Below are positions 1-10,593 of a DNA stretch of 64,000 nt, piece by piece. Source of the stretch: an uncultured Spirochaetaceae bacterium (GTDB taxonomy: Bacteria; Spirochaetota; Spirochaetia; Treponematales; Treponemataceae). The notes under the pieces were generated by a model that had not been told where the DNA came from, made no database searches, and was given only the letters and a program-made list of their open reading frames with translations. Where the stretch lies: NCBI GenBank assembly GCA_902797305.1, contig CADBSK010000138.1, positions 18,185 through 82,184 of the forward strand. Reading direction: 5' to 3'. Each line of letters opens with the position of its first letter. Position 1 is the stretch's first letter. A program made the translations under genes and the position numbers.

Positions 1-7
1 GCCGTGT

Positions 8-475
8 TTAAGCCATTTCTTCGATAGCTTTTAACAATTCGGCTTCGGATACCCGTTCATCCAAAAGCTTTTTAAACTGAGCTTTTTGGAAAAGTCCAAC
101 AAGTTTAGATAAAACCTGCAAGTGAGTCTGCGAATTTTGAGTAAGAATAATAAACATAGTTTTAACAGGAATTCCGTCTGGAGCATGCATGTCTATAGGT
201 TTATTCAAATAGACAATACAGATTCTCTGATCAACTTCATCCTTGATAACAGGAGTACGAGCATGTGGAAGTGCAATACTATTACCAACAGCAGTACTCA
301 TAATTCTTTCTCGAGCACAAAGTGCTTCGCAAACTGTCTCAGACGACACACCCTCAGGAAGCTGCATCTTTTCCGAAACGATTTTATAAACTTCTTCTGG
401 AGAAGAAGCATCTACATTTATAAAGATTCCACCTTTTTTAACGAGCTCAACAACATTTACACTCATTTTCCCCAT
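8..475 (-). CDS. PTS IIA component (fructose/mannitol/nitrogen-regulatory family)
   Basis: RERIMSTAVGNSIALPHAR phospho-His motif and C-terminal HLQVLSKL, typical of PTS_EIIA_2. Confidence 0.85.
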   Translation of the reverse strand: MGKMSVNVVELVKKGGIFINVDASSPEEVYKIVSEKMQLPEGVSSETVCEALCARERIMSTAVGNSIALPHARTPVIKDEVDQRICIVYLNKPIDMHAPDGIPVKTMFIILTQNSQTHLQVLSKLVGLFQKAQFKKLLDERVSEAELLKAIEEMA

Positions 476-476
476 C

Positions 477-1967
477 CTATTTTAAAACAACAAAACCATT
501 CTTTTTTTGTTGCTCGATTATTTCCTTTAAATCTCCTAAAATATATTCAAAATTATCCTGCATACCAGTCAAAGACATTGATACTTCTGCCAAATCCTTT
601 GGTAAAGTCATGGGTTCGACTTCTATAGCCTTGATAATCTGAATCAGGTGCGAATACAATTGCGAAAAAATCACCAGCGGTTGCTGCGGATAATTGCATA
701 TGTCTTCGCCCATAAAATCTAATGAATACACAATCTCAATGACATCTGAGTACAACTCAACCGCCTTATGCCTTATGGAAGTATATTCATTTTCAGCAAA
801 TCTATTGAATTTTGAACAAAGTATAGCATGGCGATTTTTTAAGTGCAATAACATCACTTTTCGCTCTGCCGCACTAATTTTATTAAAGTTTGGATAGATT
901 TTTTCTATAATTTGAGTCAGTTCATCAGCCGACTCAGGGCCATCTTTTGCAATGTAATCTTTTAAATAAGCATCGACTATATAATCAGGTGCATTCTCAA
1001 GACAACACTCTGCAGAAGAATTTTCAACATCCTTCAGCTCTTCTTTTAGATTTTTAAAGACACCGCAATTCCACTTACCAAAGGCAGGAACTTCTTTGCC
1101 GGCAAACCATATGCGGCTTTCTACACCATAAGGCTCAAAATCAATTTTTTTTGTGCGGGTAAAAAACTCTTCTATACTGCCGCACCACGGCACGCACAGC
1201 TGAAGACTATTATTGTACATGACAATCGCAAGCTGTTCTTCGATTGACTTGCGAGGTCCTATAGTCTCAAAACTTTCAAGAAGGTCCTTTTCAAGTTCAT
1301 TGTACCAGTTTTCTCGGGCAATATCCTTCTGGTTTATCTGAAATGGATTTGAATTAGCTTTATCAATAAATATTTCTATCTGATGGCTATCCCAGTCAAT
1401 CACTTTACAAAGAATTCTGTCTCCAAAGCAAAAGCCGTCTTTTAATAGCGGCTCAAGAGAAACACTTGTAATATTAATTTTTGGAGGAAGCTCAAAATCC
1501 GTATCAACCAGATCAACTCCGTAATTTGAAGGATCGCTTACGATATACTGATTTTCATATTCTTCGCCATACAAAAAGAAAAATTCAGAAGCGATGTGAC
1601 GGTCGTATTCTACAACAACTTTAGGAAGCAGATGATTCTTATAAATAAAACTGTAATGACAAGAAAGAACCTCATAATCAGCAAAAGGCATACATCTGTG
1701 CCCAACGACAAAAGCCTTATTCTCAACCTCTTTTCTTGTGGGTCTAAAACTAAAATACTTTTCACTAAAAGCAGCGCATCTGGTAATAAACATACCATTG
1801 TTAAGAGAAAAAACATAATCGTTTTGAATTAAAAAATCTTCACATTCTTCTATGCTGGCACTACGAATCCCTACGTGCTTTACAAAATCCAGAAACTCCC
1901 TGGAAGTAAAAGGCCTAGGAAACGTCCTCAAAAAGGAGTCCACCATATTCTCTGCACTAACTTTCAT
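477..1967 (-). CDS. Hypothetical protein, probably co-transcribed with PTS IIA
   Basis: 496 aa ORF whose stop lies 1 nt from the PTS IIA start; no motif recognised. Confidence 0.7.
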   Translation of the reverse strand: MKVSAENMVDSFLRTFPRPFTSREFLDFVKHVGIRSASIEECEDFLIQNDYVFSLNNGMFITRCAAFSEKYFSFRPTRKEVENKAFVVGHRCMPFADYEVLSCHYSFIYKNHLLPKVVVEYDRHIASEFFFLYGEEYENQYIVSDPSNYGVDLVDTDFELPPKINITSVSLEPLLKDGFCFGDRILCKVIDWDSHQIEIFIDKANSNPFQINQKDIARENWYNELEKDLLESFETIGPRKSIEEQLAIVMYNNSLQLCVPWCGSIEEFFTRTKKIDFEPYGVESRIWFAGKEVPAFGKWNCGVFKNLKEELKDVENSSAECCLENAPDYIVDAYLKDYIAKDGPESADELTQIIEKIYPNFNKISAAERKVMLLHLKNRHAILCSKFNRFAENEYTSIRHKAVELYSDVIEIVYSLDFMGEDICNYPQQPLVIFSQLYSHLIQIIKAIEVEPMTLPKDLAEVSMSLTGMQDNFEYILGDLKEIIEQQKKNGFVVLK

Positions 1968-2012
1968 CCCCTTAAATATAGCAAAATTTTACCGCTTTTT
2001 ACAGTACAAAAT

Positions 2013-2160
2013 AAAAAAAAGAGGGGGAAGTCTCCCCCTCGCTCTCAAGCAAGTCGCTACACGAATCGCCCCTGCAAGCAGTGCCGATTCTCTCCGCTTT
2101 GTTGCTTGTCCGCTACCCCTTCAAGCGGGCGCTCAAGCCGCCCCGCAACGCCCAGGCTAT
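2013..2160 (-). repeat. GC-rich structured intergenic element ending in a Rho-independent terminator
   Basis: Much more GC-rich than flanks; on the minus strand it ends in hairpin GAGGGGGAGACTTCCCCCTC (2021-2040) followed by a T8 tract (2013-2020). Confidence 0.55.
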
Positions 2161-4860
2161 TTATTTACCGATGCGGGCCTGGGCACTTGTAATATCGTCC
2201 TTATCTTCTTTTTCGTGAGAAGTAGACTCATCATCAGAACAAGGCTCTGTAGCATTATCAACCATGCTAACATCCCATGGAAGACAATCCATCAAAGAAC
2301 CTCCGTTTGGAGTAAGCTGACGAACACCGATTCCGTGGCTTGTGATATAAGCCTTGTCGATTCCAAGAGTTGCCAGTGGAATTGTATACCAGTAGCTCAT
2401 ATCAAGGTCATTTGTTTCAACCGAAGTATAAGTTTCGCTTTCCATCAAATCTTCTCCAGTCTGTCCGCTAGTTTCACGGTTATCTGTTGGAGTTGATTCA
2501 AAGTTCACAGTAGAACTTACCTGACACTGACGAATATAGCGTACGGAAATTCCAGAAGTTCCTAGTGTTTCACTTCCTGGAGCACCAGAATTTGCGCTCA
2601 AACAATATTCAGCATCATAGCTGAAATAGCCTGTAGAAGGATTAAGCTTAAAGAATCCAGGTGTTCCAACGCCCACAAAGGCAGCTTTATGATCTGCATA
2701 ACCATATTTTGAAGAACCGTAGAACAAGAAGTCAAAACCTTCGCTGTCTGTAAAGTTAATTGCATCCCAGATAGGTTTTCCGCTTGCAGAACCAACAAGA
2801 GGTGCTGTTGCTGTAGTCCCCTTACCAGTATTAATTATAAATCCAAGTGGACAGTCTCTGTTATCCCACCATGCATTGTCACTACCGGCATAGTTATGAT
2901 TCATAAATGTTGCTCGGCCATCTGGAAGGTTAGTAAGTTCAACCATTAAATAAAGATTTGTATCGTCGTAAGCTGCGTACAAAGCGTAAGCATCGTAAGA
3001 AGTTTCCTGAATACCCTTCCAGGTTCTTGGGTCATCGTAAGAAGCACCGCGGGCAATCTGCATATCTTCAGTCCAATCACTCCAGCTGGAAATAGTTTTG
3101 TTAACACCATAACCTTTATCATTTGTTCCATACTGTCCGCTTGAAACCTGTTTTGTATAACTAACTGTCAAAGTATAAGTTGCAGTATTAGTTCCATTTT
3201 TAACAGTAATTGTAAAGTTCTTGCTTGCGCCGTCAGCAACAGTTCCTGTCGTAGCAGAATATGTAACTGTGGCATTTGCATCCACTGGGGTAGCAATAAT
3301 ACTTGTAACCGAAAGATTATCTTCTTTACCTTTGATTGTTACAGAAGCTGTAGTTCCGCTGATTGCTGCAGATTTACCGTTTACACTGATAGAAGATAAA
3401 GTAGTATCATTTTCAACAGCTCGTTTTACTGTTACAGAATATGGCTTTACGGTTTCACCGTCCTCCGCTGTTACAGTAATTGTAAACAACTGTGATTCCC
3501 CTGATGAGATTTTTGTAGAACCACTTGGACTAATAGATACGCTTGCACCTGTATCATTGGCATTAGCAGTAACAATTGCGGTTGTAGTATCACTTGTTAT
3601 TGTTGTAGTATAACTTGTTGTTCCACTTGCAAAACCTTCCAGAGCCACTCCGTTTACACTGATAGATGATAAAGTTGCATCACTTGAAAGTTTACCAACA
3701 GTAGGATCTGAATCATATAGAGTCTTGGCTTGACCACAAAGACCTTTTGCATCGTACCAGAAAGTAGAAGTTTTTCCAGTAGCTACATTTTCACCGTCAT
3801 TAAGTTTGATATTAAATGCAATGCCTTCTGTGTATTTACAATTATTTTCTGTAAGGTCATACATATACCATCTGGAGTTATCCTTCATACCGTCAGCAGC
3901 AGACATTGTAGGTCGAGTATCCCATTCACAACCAAGGACAGTTGAACCATCTGTATAAGAACCGCTTACCTGCCAGATCCAAAGACGAGGAGCGCTATCA
4001 GCAGAAACATATACAACCATATGGCCGTTATAAGGGTTACCTATAGTTTCTGAGAAAGTTACATTTTCGGAGCTAACCGTTACAGTTCCTGCTTTTATAG
4101 TTGAGTTTCCATCATTTACATAAACATACCATGAGCCAGGGGCAACATTTTCAATAGTACCTGTAGTTGTTTCATCTGAGTTGATTACAAATTTAGAACT
4201 TAAAGGGTCACTAACCCAAACAGTATAACCAGAAGCTTTTATAATAGAAGAAAGCACAACTGATTTTGCGGCCGTATAATATGATGATGGACTTGTATTT
4301 GCATTAGTTTTATAAGCGCTTGCAAAACTATCAGCATCAAAATAATAAGACGACTTGCCTTCTGTAAAACCAGTAAGAGATACAGAAGAAATATTAATTC
4401 CTGCATTCATAAGTGCCAAATAAGCTTTTCCTTTACAAGATTCAGCACCTTCTTTTATTGTTTCTATTTTATTTATACCAGATTGTATATTGGTAACATA
4501 ATAAAGGCGTTTTCCTTCGACTCCATTTGCCTTATAACCAATAACTTCTATAACGCGGTTTGAGCCAGTAGGAATATTTTCAATTGTAACTTCCCCCTCG
4601 CCATCAAGAATGATTGTTTCCTTAGTAACAGACTCATTTTTACTTACCCATACCTTTACAGTAGCACTTTCAATTTCAGAAACATCCAGATATCTGTTCT
4701 GTGAATCTTTAGTCAAAACCACCTGCTGTACCACAGGTGAAGGAACAACAATCGAACCAAACTCCGTTTTTTCCGCTCCTCCCGACGTCATCGGACTCTC
4801 ACATCCGGCTAAGAACAAAGCCCCTAAAAAAGCGAGAGCTAGTCCTACCACTTTTTTCAT
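2161..4860 (-). CDS. Non-catalytic starch-binding lipoprotein: shared N-terminal module, CBM26-like domain, two cadherin-like beta-sandwich repeats, C-terminal CBM74-like domain
   Basis: Lipobox LAGC; VYVSADSAPRLWIW..WDTRPTM (CBM26-like); repeated DATLSSISVNG / DTTLSSISVNG; C-terminal SDWTEDMQIARGASYDDPR..DAYALYAAYDDTNLY..STSHEKED..ARIGK resembles CBM74; no GH13 catalytic motifs. Confidence 0.7.
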   Translation of the reverse strand: MKKVVGLALAFLGALFLAGCESPMTSGGAEKTEFGSIVVPSPVVQQVVLTKDSQNRYLDVSEIESATVKVWVSKNESVTKETIILDGEGEVTIENIPTGSNRVIEVIGYKANGVEGKRLYYVTNIQSGINKIETIKEGAESCKGKAYLALMNAGINISSVSLTGFTEGKSSYYFDADSFASAYKTNANTSPSSYYTAAKSVVLSSIIKASGYTVWVSDPLSSKFVINSDETTTGTIENVAPGSWYVYVNDGNSTIKAGTVTVSSENVTFSETIGNPYNGHMVVYVSADSAPRLWIWQVSGSYTDGSTVLGCEWDTRPTMSAADGMKDNSRWYMYDLTENNCKYTEGIAFNIKLNDGENVATGKTSTFWYDAKGLCGQAKTLYDSDPTVGKLSSDATLSSISVNGVALEGFASGTTSYTTTITSDTTTAIVTANANDTGASVSISPSGSTKISSGESQLFTITVTAEDGETVKPYSVTVKRAVENDTTLSSISVNGKSAAISGTTASVTIKGKEDNLSVTSIIATPVDANATVTYSATTGTVADGASKNFTITVKNGTNTATYTLTVSYTKQVSSGQYGTNDKGYGVNKTISSWSDWTEDMQIARGASYDDPRTWKGIQETSYDAYALYAAYDDTNLYLMVELTNLPDGRATFMNHNYAGSDNAWWDNRDCPLGFIINTGKGTTATAPLVGSASGKPIWDAINFTDSEGFDFLFYGSSKYGYADHKAAFVGVGTPGFFKLNPSTGYFSYDAEYCLSANSGAPGSETLGTSGISVRYIRQCQVSSTVNFESTPTDNRETSGQTGEDLMESETYTSVETNDLDMSYWYTIPLATLGIDKAYITSHGIGVRQLTPNGGSLMDCLPWDVSMVDNATEPCSDDESTSHEKEDKDDITSAQARIGK

Positions 4861-4875
4861 TTATTTTTCCTCCTG

Positions 4876-4907
4876 AAAAACGCCGCATTTCCCACGTGCG
4901 GCATTTT
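4876..4907 (-). terminator. Hairpin between the pullulanase and the starch-binding protein gene
   Basis: AAAACGCCGCA..TGCGGCATTTT imperfect inverted repeat flanked by A/T tracts. Confidence 0.5.
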
Positions 4908-4916
4908 ACTTTTTAA

Positions 4917-7900
4917 TTATTGTGCAAAAATTGTAACTCCAGTGCCTTCGCACTTCTTATCAGTTGTACTATTTACAGCACCTGTTTTGTTCATAACCAT
5001 GGTGTCGCTTCCGCCGTAATTAAAATTGTCATTTGGATTAATTACGATTGTAATAGTTTTGTTAGCATTGCTTGGAGAACTTGATGTATTCTGGACAGAA
5101 TAATAAATTACATTTCCGTCATTGCTAATGTTTCCAAGTCCATTTCTATTTCTAAGTCCGTCATTTGCTTTACGGAAGGCAATCATATCCTTATGGTATT
5201 TAAAACAACCGTTATTTGTTGCTTTATAACTCCAGTTAATCTGGTTCATTTCAATTCCCCACATATAAGAGTTATGAGCTTCGCTTGCAAAAGTTCCTAC
5301 TGCCTTGGTTCTAAGGAATTCATCTCCCGCATGAATAAAAGGAATACCCTGACTTGAAAGAAGAATACCGTGACCAAATTTTACAATTGCATCGGCATAA
5401 CTTGTATAAGTTGTACCTGCAGCAGCAATCTTATCGTAGAAACAAAGGTTATCGTGAGCCATAAGATAGTTTACAGCCTGTTCTGGATTTGCAGTAAAGT
5501 ATCGTGTCCATACGCCTTCGCTATCAGAACCCAGACTAGTACCAGAACCTCTAATACCAACCATAGTATTACCAAGTGTAGCAGAGCCATCTTTATCCTG
5601 GCGACCGCTAAAAATATAGCCCAAAGTATTACCGTCGTCACTGGAACCTTTTAAAGTTTCCCGGAACTTACCTGCAAAACAACCGATATGAGCATTTTTA
5701 AGGCCCGGTATGCTGGATGCATAGCCATAATTAGAAGATGAATTGTTATTACCCTGCCATGGTTCACCATACATCAAGAGGTTTCTATCGATAGTTTCTG
5801 GATTGGTATTGTTTAAATAATTTCCCCAGTCGTAAAGGGCATCTCGTGTAAAGATTGCCATAAGATCAAATCTAAAACCATCAATATTATAAACATCTGC
5901 CCAGTATTCAAGGGAATCCCGAACCATTCGGCTTACCATCGCGTTAGAAACATCAACGCTGTTTCCACAACCTGAAAGGTCCTTTGTTGTATAATACTTA
6001 CCAGTTATATTTTCAAACATTTCACCTGAGAAAGTGTGATTGTAGACAACGTCCATTACAACCCGGATTCCGTTTTTATGGAACTCGTTTATCATGTCTT
6101 TAACTTCACGGATTCGTTCAACATAGTCTCCAGGACAGGTTGAATAGCGGTCTTCAGGAATATTGTAGTTTACAGGATCGTATCCCCAGTTGTAATACTG
6201 ACCAGTAGAATTAACATATTTTGTTGCAAAGTCGTACATAGGCATAATCTGAACATGAGTTACGCCCAGTTCTTTTAAGTGATCAAGACCTGTTTTAACT
6301 GTAGTTGAACCACTTGTGTAAGTTGTTCCGCTTTCTACCATTCCAGGGAACTTACCGCGGTTAGACTCACTTCCGTTCCATGTTGAAGAAGAAGTAAAGT
6401 CCTGAACATGAACTTCGTATACGATAGCATCACATCGGGAATCCAGCGTTGGTCGAGTTGCCCAGCTTCCATCCGATGGCATAATATTTTCTGCATCAAC
6501 GACAATATTTACACTTGGACCTGCCCAGCTTGAACCTACAGGTCCGCCAGTATAAAAGGCTTTATTATCGCAAAGAGAATTTTCACTCTGAGGAATTACA
6601 TTTCCTCCGCAAGAGGCCACAGTATTTTCTACATATTTAACCATTCGTCCATAAGGGTCACGAACAGCCTTACCACCAATATAGAACTGGTATTCTGCAA
6701 GGTTACAGTCTCCCATTACAGTTACACCGTAGATGTTGCTTGTATCAGAGTATCCACCGTCAACTGTAAAGCCGGCAGTACATGGATATTCTGTAAAGTC
6801 TGATTCTCCCTGCTTTTTAACGGCAACTTTTACATTGCTTGAATCTGGAGACCAGATACTAAAACTTGTGGCACATTTTTCGTAGAAGGCACCAAGTCTA
6901 GTTGGAGTACTTGGATCAGGGATTTCTACAACAGTAAGAGAAATAGAAAGGTTGGCTATTCCTTGTGAGTTTGCAACGCTTGCCGAAACAGAAATTGTAT
7001 CTCCTGCTGATAAACCTGAAGAAAGGTCTACTTTATTTGTTCCTACAACAAGAGAACCTGTTTTGCTTCCGACTGTATAAGTACCGCTTGTGAGAGCTGC
7101 ATTTTTACTTGTTACTGTGAATGTAACTGAACCGTTAGCATAGATTTCATCACCGTCGTTGTAATCACAAGTTACAGTCGGTGGAAGAGGAATATTTGGT
7201 TCTGTTACCGAAATTTCAAGAACTTCTGGCTGTGTAACAGGTTCAAAGTTTTGGGCAATTTTAGTACCTGTTGTATCAGCAGTACCTGTTGCACCACCAA
7301 TATAATTCCATTCACCTTCTGTGATATAAAGGTCAGCAGTCTGGCCGTTTCCGGCAGAAGAATTTGCCTGATTTTTATTAAAGATGATACCTGCAGAAGT
7401 TTTTCCATCCAAGGTATAATCGTAATAAGAACCGTTTAAAGTCATTAATTTTCCAGGCCATTCACCACCTGTATAATTAGTTGTAGTTGAAGTCGGGTTC
7501 CATGCCCAAATATACTTATACCCCAACGAACTCGGCACATGAACAATAATCTTTCCAGTAACTGGAGTTCCGCCTTCTTCGTAATTGATATCAACTTGAG
7601 TAGTATATCCAGAAGCAATTACAATGTTCTGGATTTTATCTTCTCTCAAATTACCACTAGCATCGTAAACCCAGACTTTCCATGTTCCAGGGGTAGCATT
7701 TAACTCATAAGATTCAGAATTAGAAGTAATTTCTTTTACTTCACTTGCGATATCTGTAATCTGAACTTTCCAGCCGCTCAAACCATTTGTATTTACGGCT
7801 ACAGTTCCATGTTCAAGAATATAAGAATCAGCTGTTCCTAGTGAATTATTTTTATAGTCGCTGGCAATATTTGCTGCATTTACTAAACTTGAATGAACTT

Positions 7901-8357
7901 GAGGTATACAGGAATCAAAAGCTGTCTTAGAAATAGAAGAAACTGCAACATTCTGAGTTTTTATAAGTTCATAAAAAATATTTCCAACTGCAGTATCTTT
8001 CCAATTAACAGTACATTCTGTTGTAGTATCTGCAACAATATCAACCACGGCACGCATCACGGCACCATCAACATTGCTTTTTACAGTTACAACGCGATTT
8101 GTTCCTGCAGGGATTTTTGTGATTACAATAGAACCTTTTCCGGCAGTAACAGATACGCCAGTTTTGGTGATATCTTCCATTCCATAGCCGGAAACGACAA
8201 CATCAGCACTGGTGATTGTTGAAACATCCATTGCACGGGATTCGCTATTCTGAATAGAAATCGATCCGTACTGTTCTTTGGAATCATTTGAAAGTGGATT
8301 TACACAACTAATAAAAAACAATGAAAAAGAGGCTAAAAGAGCCAGCACTTTTTTCAT
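4917..8357 (-). CDS. Type I pullulanase (GH13), lipoprotein with shared N-terminal module, CBM26-like and CBM48 domains
   Basis: YNWGYDP signature, DVVYNH, GFRFDLM, YGEPW, AHDN; lipobox FISC; start moved to MKKVLALL (8357), which has a GGAG RBS. Confidence 0.9.
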   Translation of the reverse strand: MKKVLALLASFSLFFISCVNPLSNDSKEQYGSISIQNSESRAMDVSTITSADVVVSGYGMEDITKTGVSVTAGKGSIVITKIPAGTNRVVTVKSNVDGAVMRAVVDIVADTTTECTVNWKDTAVGNIFYELIKTQNVAVSSISKTAFDSCIPQVHSSLVNAANIASDYKNNSLGTADSYILEHGTVAVNTNGLSGWKVQITDIASEVKEITSNSESYELNATPGTWKVWVYDASGNLREDKIQNIVIASGYTTQVDINYEEGGTPVTGKIIVHVPSSLGYKYIWAWNPTSTTTNYTGGEWPGKLMTLNGSYYDYTLDGKTSAGIIFNKNQANSSAGNGQTADLYITEGEWNYIGGATGTADTTGTKIAQNFEPVTQPEVLEISVTEPNIPLPPTVTCDYNDGDEIYANGSVTFTVTSKNAALTSGTYTVGSKTGSLVVGTNKVDLSSGLSAGDTISVSASVANSQGIANLSISLTVVEIPDPSTPTRLGAFYEKCATSFSIWSPDSSNVKVAVKKQGESDFTEYPCTAGFTVDGGYSDTSNIYGVTVMGDCNLAEYQFYIGGKAVRDPYGRMVKYVENTVASCGGNVIPQSENSLCDNKAFYTGGPVGSSWAGPSVNIVVDAENIMPSDGSWATRPTLDSRCDAIVYEVHVQDFTSSSTWNGSESNRGKFPGMVESGTTYTSGSTTVKTGLDHLKELGVTHVQIMPMYDFATKYVNSTGQYYNWGYDPVNYNIPEDRYSTCPGDYVERIREVKDMINEFHKNGIRVVMDVVYNHTFSGEMFENITGKYYTTKDLSGCGNSVDVSNAMVSRMVRDSLEYWADVYNIDGFRFDLMAIFTRDALYDWGNYLNNTNPETIDRNLLMYGEPWQGNNNSSSNYGYASSIPGLKNAHIGCFAGKFRETLKGSSDDGNTLGYIFSGRQDKDGSATLGNTMVGIRGSGTSLGSDSEGVWTRYFTANPEQAVNYLMAHDNLCFYDKIAAAGTTYTSYADAIVKFGHGILLSSQGIPFIHAGDEFLRTKAVGTFASEAHNSYMWGIEMNQINWSYKATNNGCFKYHKDMIAFRKANDGLRNRNGLGNISNDGNVIYYSVQNTSSSPSNANKTITIVINPNDNFNYGGSDTMVMNKTGAVNSTTDKKCEGTGVTIFAQ

Positions 8358-8488
8358 AAAATTCTCCAAAACTTTTATTTTGAGACAGTTTCTCTCCTTT
8401 AATTGTAAGGCCAAATATGTAGAATGCAAGGGAAATTTTCTTCTATCATTTTAAAACACTGTTTTAAGTATAGCCAACTTAAAATATG

Positions 8489-8517
8489 TTGACTATACCA
8501 GGATAATAGATTAAATT
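8489..8517 (+). promoter_or_regulatory. Putative sigma70 promoter of the TA operon
   Basis: TTGACT-N17-TAAATT upstream of the AGGAGG RBS. Confidence 0.4.
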
Positions 8518-8555
8518 CTTTCTAGAAGACAATTGAAATCCAAGGAGGTCGCTTT

Positions 8556-8822
8556 ATGTGCAGAACTTCTATTTATAATGCAAGGAATAATTTTAGTGCT
8601 CTCGTTAAAGAAGCCGAAGAAGGCGAAGTTGTGGAGCTTACAAAATACGACAGACCGGTTGCGGTAATCATCAGCTATGAGGAATATGAAAAATTGAGAG
8701 GAACAAAACCAAATTGGCTCTCAGAATGGCGAGAAATGTACAAAGACTGTCTCGATGATGAAGGAATACCATTTGAGCGTTCAAGAGAATGCCCGGATCC
8801 AACTAAAAATCCATGGGACTAA
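8556..8822 (+). CDS. Phd/YefM-family antitoxin
   Basis: SIYNARNNFSALVKEAEEGEVVELTKYDRPVAVIISYEEY; AGGAGG RBS; lies upstream of a PIN toxin. Confidence 0.88.
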   Translation: MCRTSIYNARNNFSALVKEAEEGEVVELTKYDRPVAVIISYEEYEKLRGTKPNWLSEWREMYKDCLDDEGIPFERSRECPDPTKNPWD

Positions 8823-8844
8823 TTAAAAAAAAGAGAATTAAACA

Positions 8845-9270
8845 ATGAGACAAACCTATTTACTTGATACAAATATCATTTCAGAACTTACAAAACAAAA
8901 TCCTAACGAAAATGTTCTTTCTTTTTACATTAATAGAAAAGACTTATGTGCCATAAGCGCAATTACATGGCAAGAAATGATCAAAGGCTTTCACAGAATG
9001 CCAGAAGGAAAAAAGAAAGACAGCATCAACAATTTTATAAACAGACTTGAAGAAAACACCCTTATCATCCCCTACGACAAGTTTGCCTCACAAATCTGCG
9101 GAGAACTTCAAGCAAAAATGGAATCAAAAGGAATGCCTTTACCATTCAGCGATAGTCAGATTGCAGCAACCGCACTTTCAAACGGAATGATTTTAGTAAC
9201 ACACAACACAAAGGATTTTAAGGAAATTCAGGAAAATTCTTTTTTACAGATGGAAGACTGGTTCGCTTAA
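8845..9270 (+). CDS. vapC: VapC-family PIN domain toxin
   Basis: YLLDTNIISE, SAITWQE, DSQIAATA, LVTHNTKDF PIN motifs. Confidence 0.88.
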   Translation: MRQTYLLDTNIISELTKQNPNENVLSFYINRKDLCAISAITWQEMIKGFHRMPEGKKKDSINNFINRLEENTLIIPYDKFASQICGELQAKMESKGMPLPFSDSQIAATALSNGMILVTHNTKDFKEIQENSFLQMEDWFA

Positions 9271-10403
9271 AATCCTTTTAACTTGAGAATCCGACGAACA
9301 CTTTCGTCCAATCGAGCAATACTGATACGATTAGACTGAACCGCAGAAAGCACTGCTTTATATGCTGCGTTAAAATCATTCGGCATAAGAAGAATATCAT
9401 TTCCGGCCTCAAAAGCAAGAACACAAGCCTCCCCAGAACCGTAATTCTTTTCGATTGCGCCCATATTTAATCCGTCAGTTACGATTACACCTTGATAATC
9501 TAGTTCCTGTCGGAGTTTTGCGGTAATCAATTCATAAGAAAGAGAAGCAGGAACCTCATCATCAATCGCAAGGCAAGTTACATGAGCAACCATAACACAA
9601 TCGGCTTGTTTTAAATTATCAACAAAAGGAATTAACTCGCAAGTTTTGAGTTCTTCCCAGTCTTTGGTGACAGAAACATAATCAAGGTGAGTATCCCCTT
9701 TTGTATCCCCATGCCCCGGAAAATGCTTTAAGCAGCCTTTTATTCCTATGGAGTGAAGCCCATTCAAAAACGCCCCGGACATTTCCGAAACCAGAACAGG
9801 ATCGCTTCCAAACGCACGGTCACCAATTACAATATTTTCAGGATTAGTATTTACATCACATACCGGAGCAAAATCCAGGTCAAAGCCATAATCATAAAGG
9901 TAGCCGCCAATTGTCTGGCCGGCAGAAAAAGCATTTTGAGAGAGGCCAGTCTCACCCACCGCCTGCATACTATTGTACTTTGGAAGCGAAAAATGCTTGG
10001 AACGCGCAAGACGAGCAACACGCCCACCTTCTTCATCAACAGCAAGAATCGGCGGAACCACCGATACATTCTTTAATCTCGAAGTAAACTTTTTAAGCTG
10101 TTTAGGATTTTTGATATTTTTATAAAAAAGAATAAAACCACCCACCGGGCACTTTTCAAAATCTCTGTAATATTTATTAGGAACACTTTTAACACAACTC
10201 TTTGTAAGCTGCTCCGGAGTAATAATAAAAAGCTGAGCAACTTTCTGTTCGGTAGACATAGAATAAAGAATTGATTCTGCATCGTTTAATTCAATTTGGG
10301 GAGAAGTATCTTTAGGAGTTAAAACACAAGAAGAAAGAATACTCGCAAGGATAAGCAAAACTGAAAAGAAAATTATTTTTTGAAAAAGGATTTTTTTATT
10401 CAT
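9267..10403 (-). CDS. GH3 beta-N-acetylhexosaminidase (NagZ-like) lipoprotein
   Basis: AVDEEGGRV, KHFPGHGDTKGDTH (NagZ-type KHFPGHG-x4-D-x-H), VTDGLNM; lipobox LSSC. Confidence 0.85.
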   Translation of the reverse strand: MNKKILFQKIIFFSVLLILASILSSCVLTPKDTSPQIELNDAESILYSMSTEQKVAQLFIITPEQLTKSCVKSVPNKYYRDFEKCPVGGFILFYKNIKNPKQLKKFTSRLKNVSVVPPILAVDEEGGRVARLARSKHFSLPKYNSMQAVGETGLSQNAFSAGQTIGGYLYDYGFDLDFAPVCDVNTNPENIVIGDRAFGSDPVLVSEMSGAFLNGLHSIGIKGCLKHFPGHGDTKGDTHLDYVSVTKDWEELKTCELIPFVDNLKQADCVMVAHVTCLAIDDEVPASLSYELITAKLRQELDYQGVIVTDGLNMGAIEKNYGSGEACVLAFEAGNDILLMPNDFNAAYKAVLSAVQSNRISIARLDESVRRILKLKGF

Positions 10404-10481
10404 GATTTTATTCTAAACGATTAACTAATATAAAAAAAAGGTTGTCTAAAAGAAGAATGACCTGTAACCGCACTATAGCGG

Positions 10482-10570
10482 AGGTTTCGACAAGCTCAAC
10501 CACCGCCATAGAAGCCGGTGATTAAGCTCATCGAAGTACCAACCACCGCCATTATTCAAAGCGGTGGTTA
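10482..10570. repeat. REP-like palindromic repeat cluster (TTTCGACAAGCTCAACCACCG family)
   Basis: GGTTTCGACAAGCTCAACCACCG followed by a degenerate inverted copy CGGTGATTAAGCTCATCGAAG; related unit at 25907-25941. Confidence 0.55.
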
Positions 10571-10593
10571 AACAGACCTCAGATATTATCTAA

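Noticed and set aside
1852-2496. 214 aa plus-strand ORF
   Set aside because: It overlaps two minus-strand genes and the GC-rich repeat; likely spurious.
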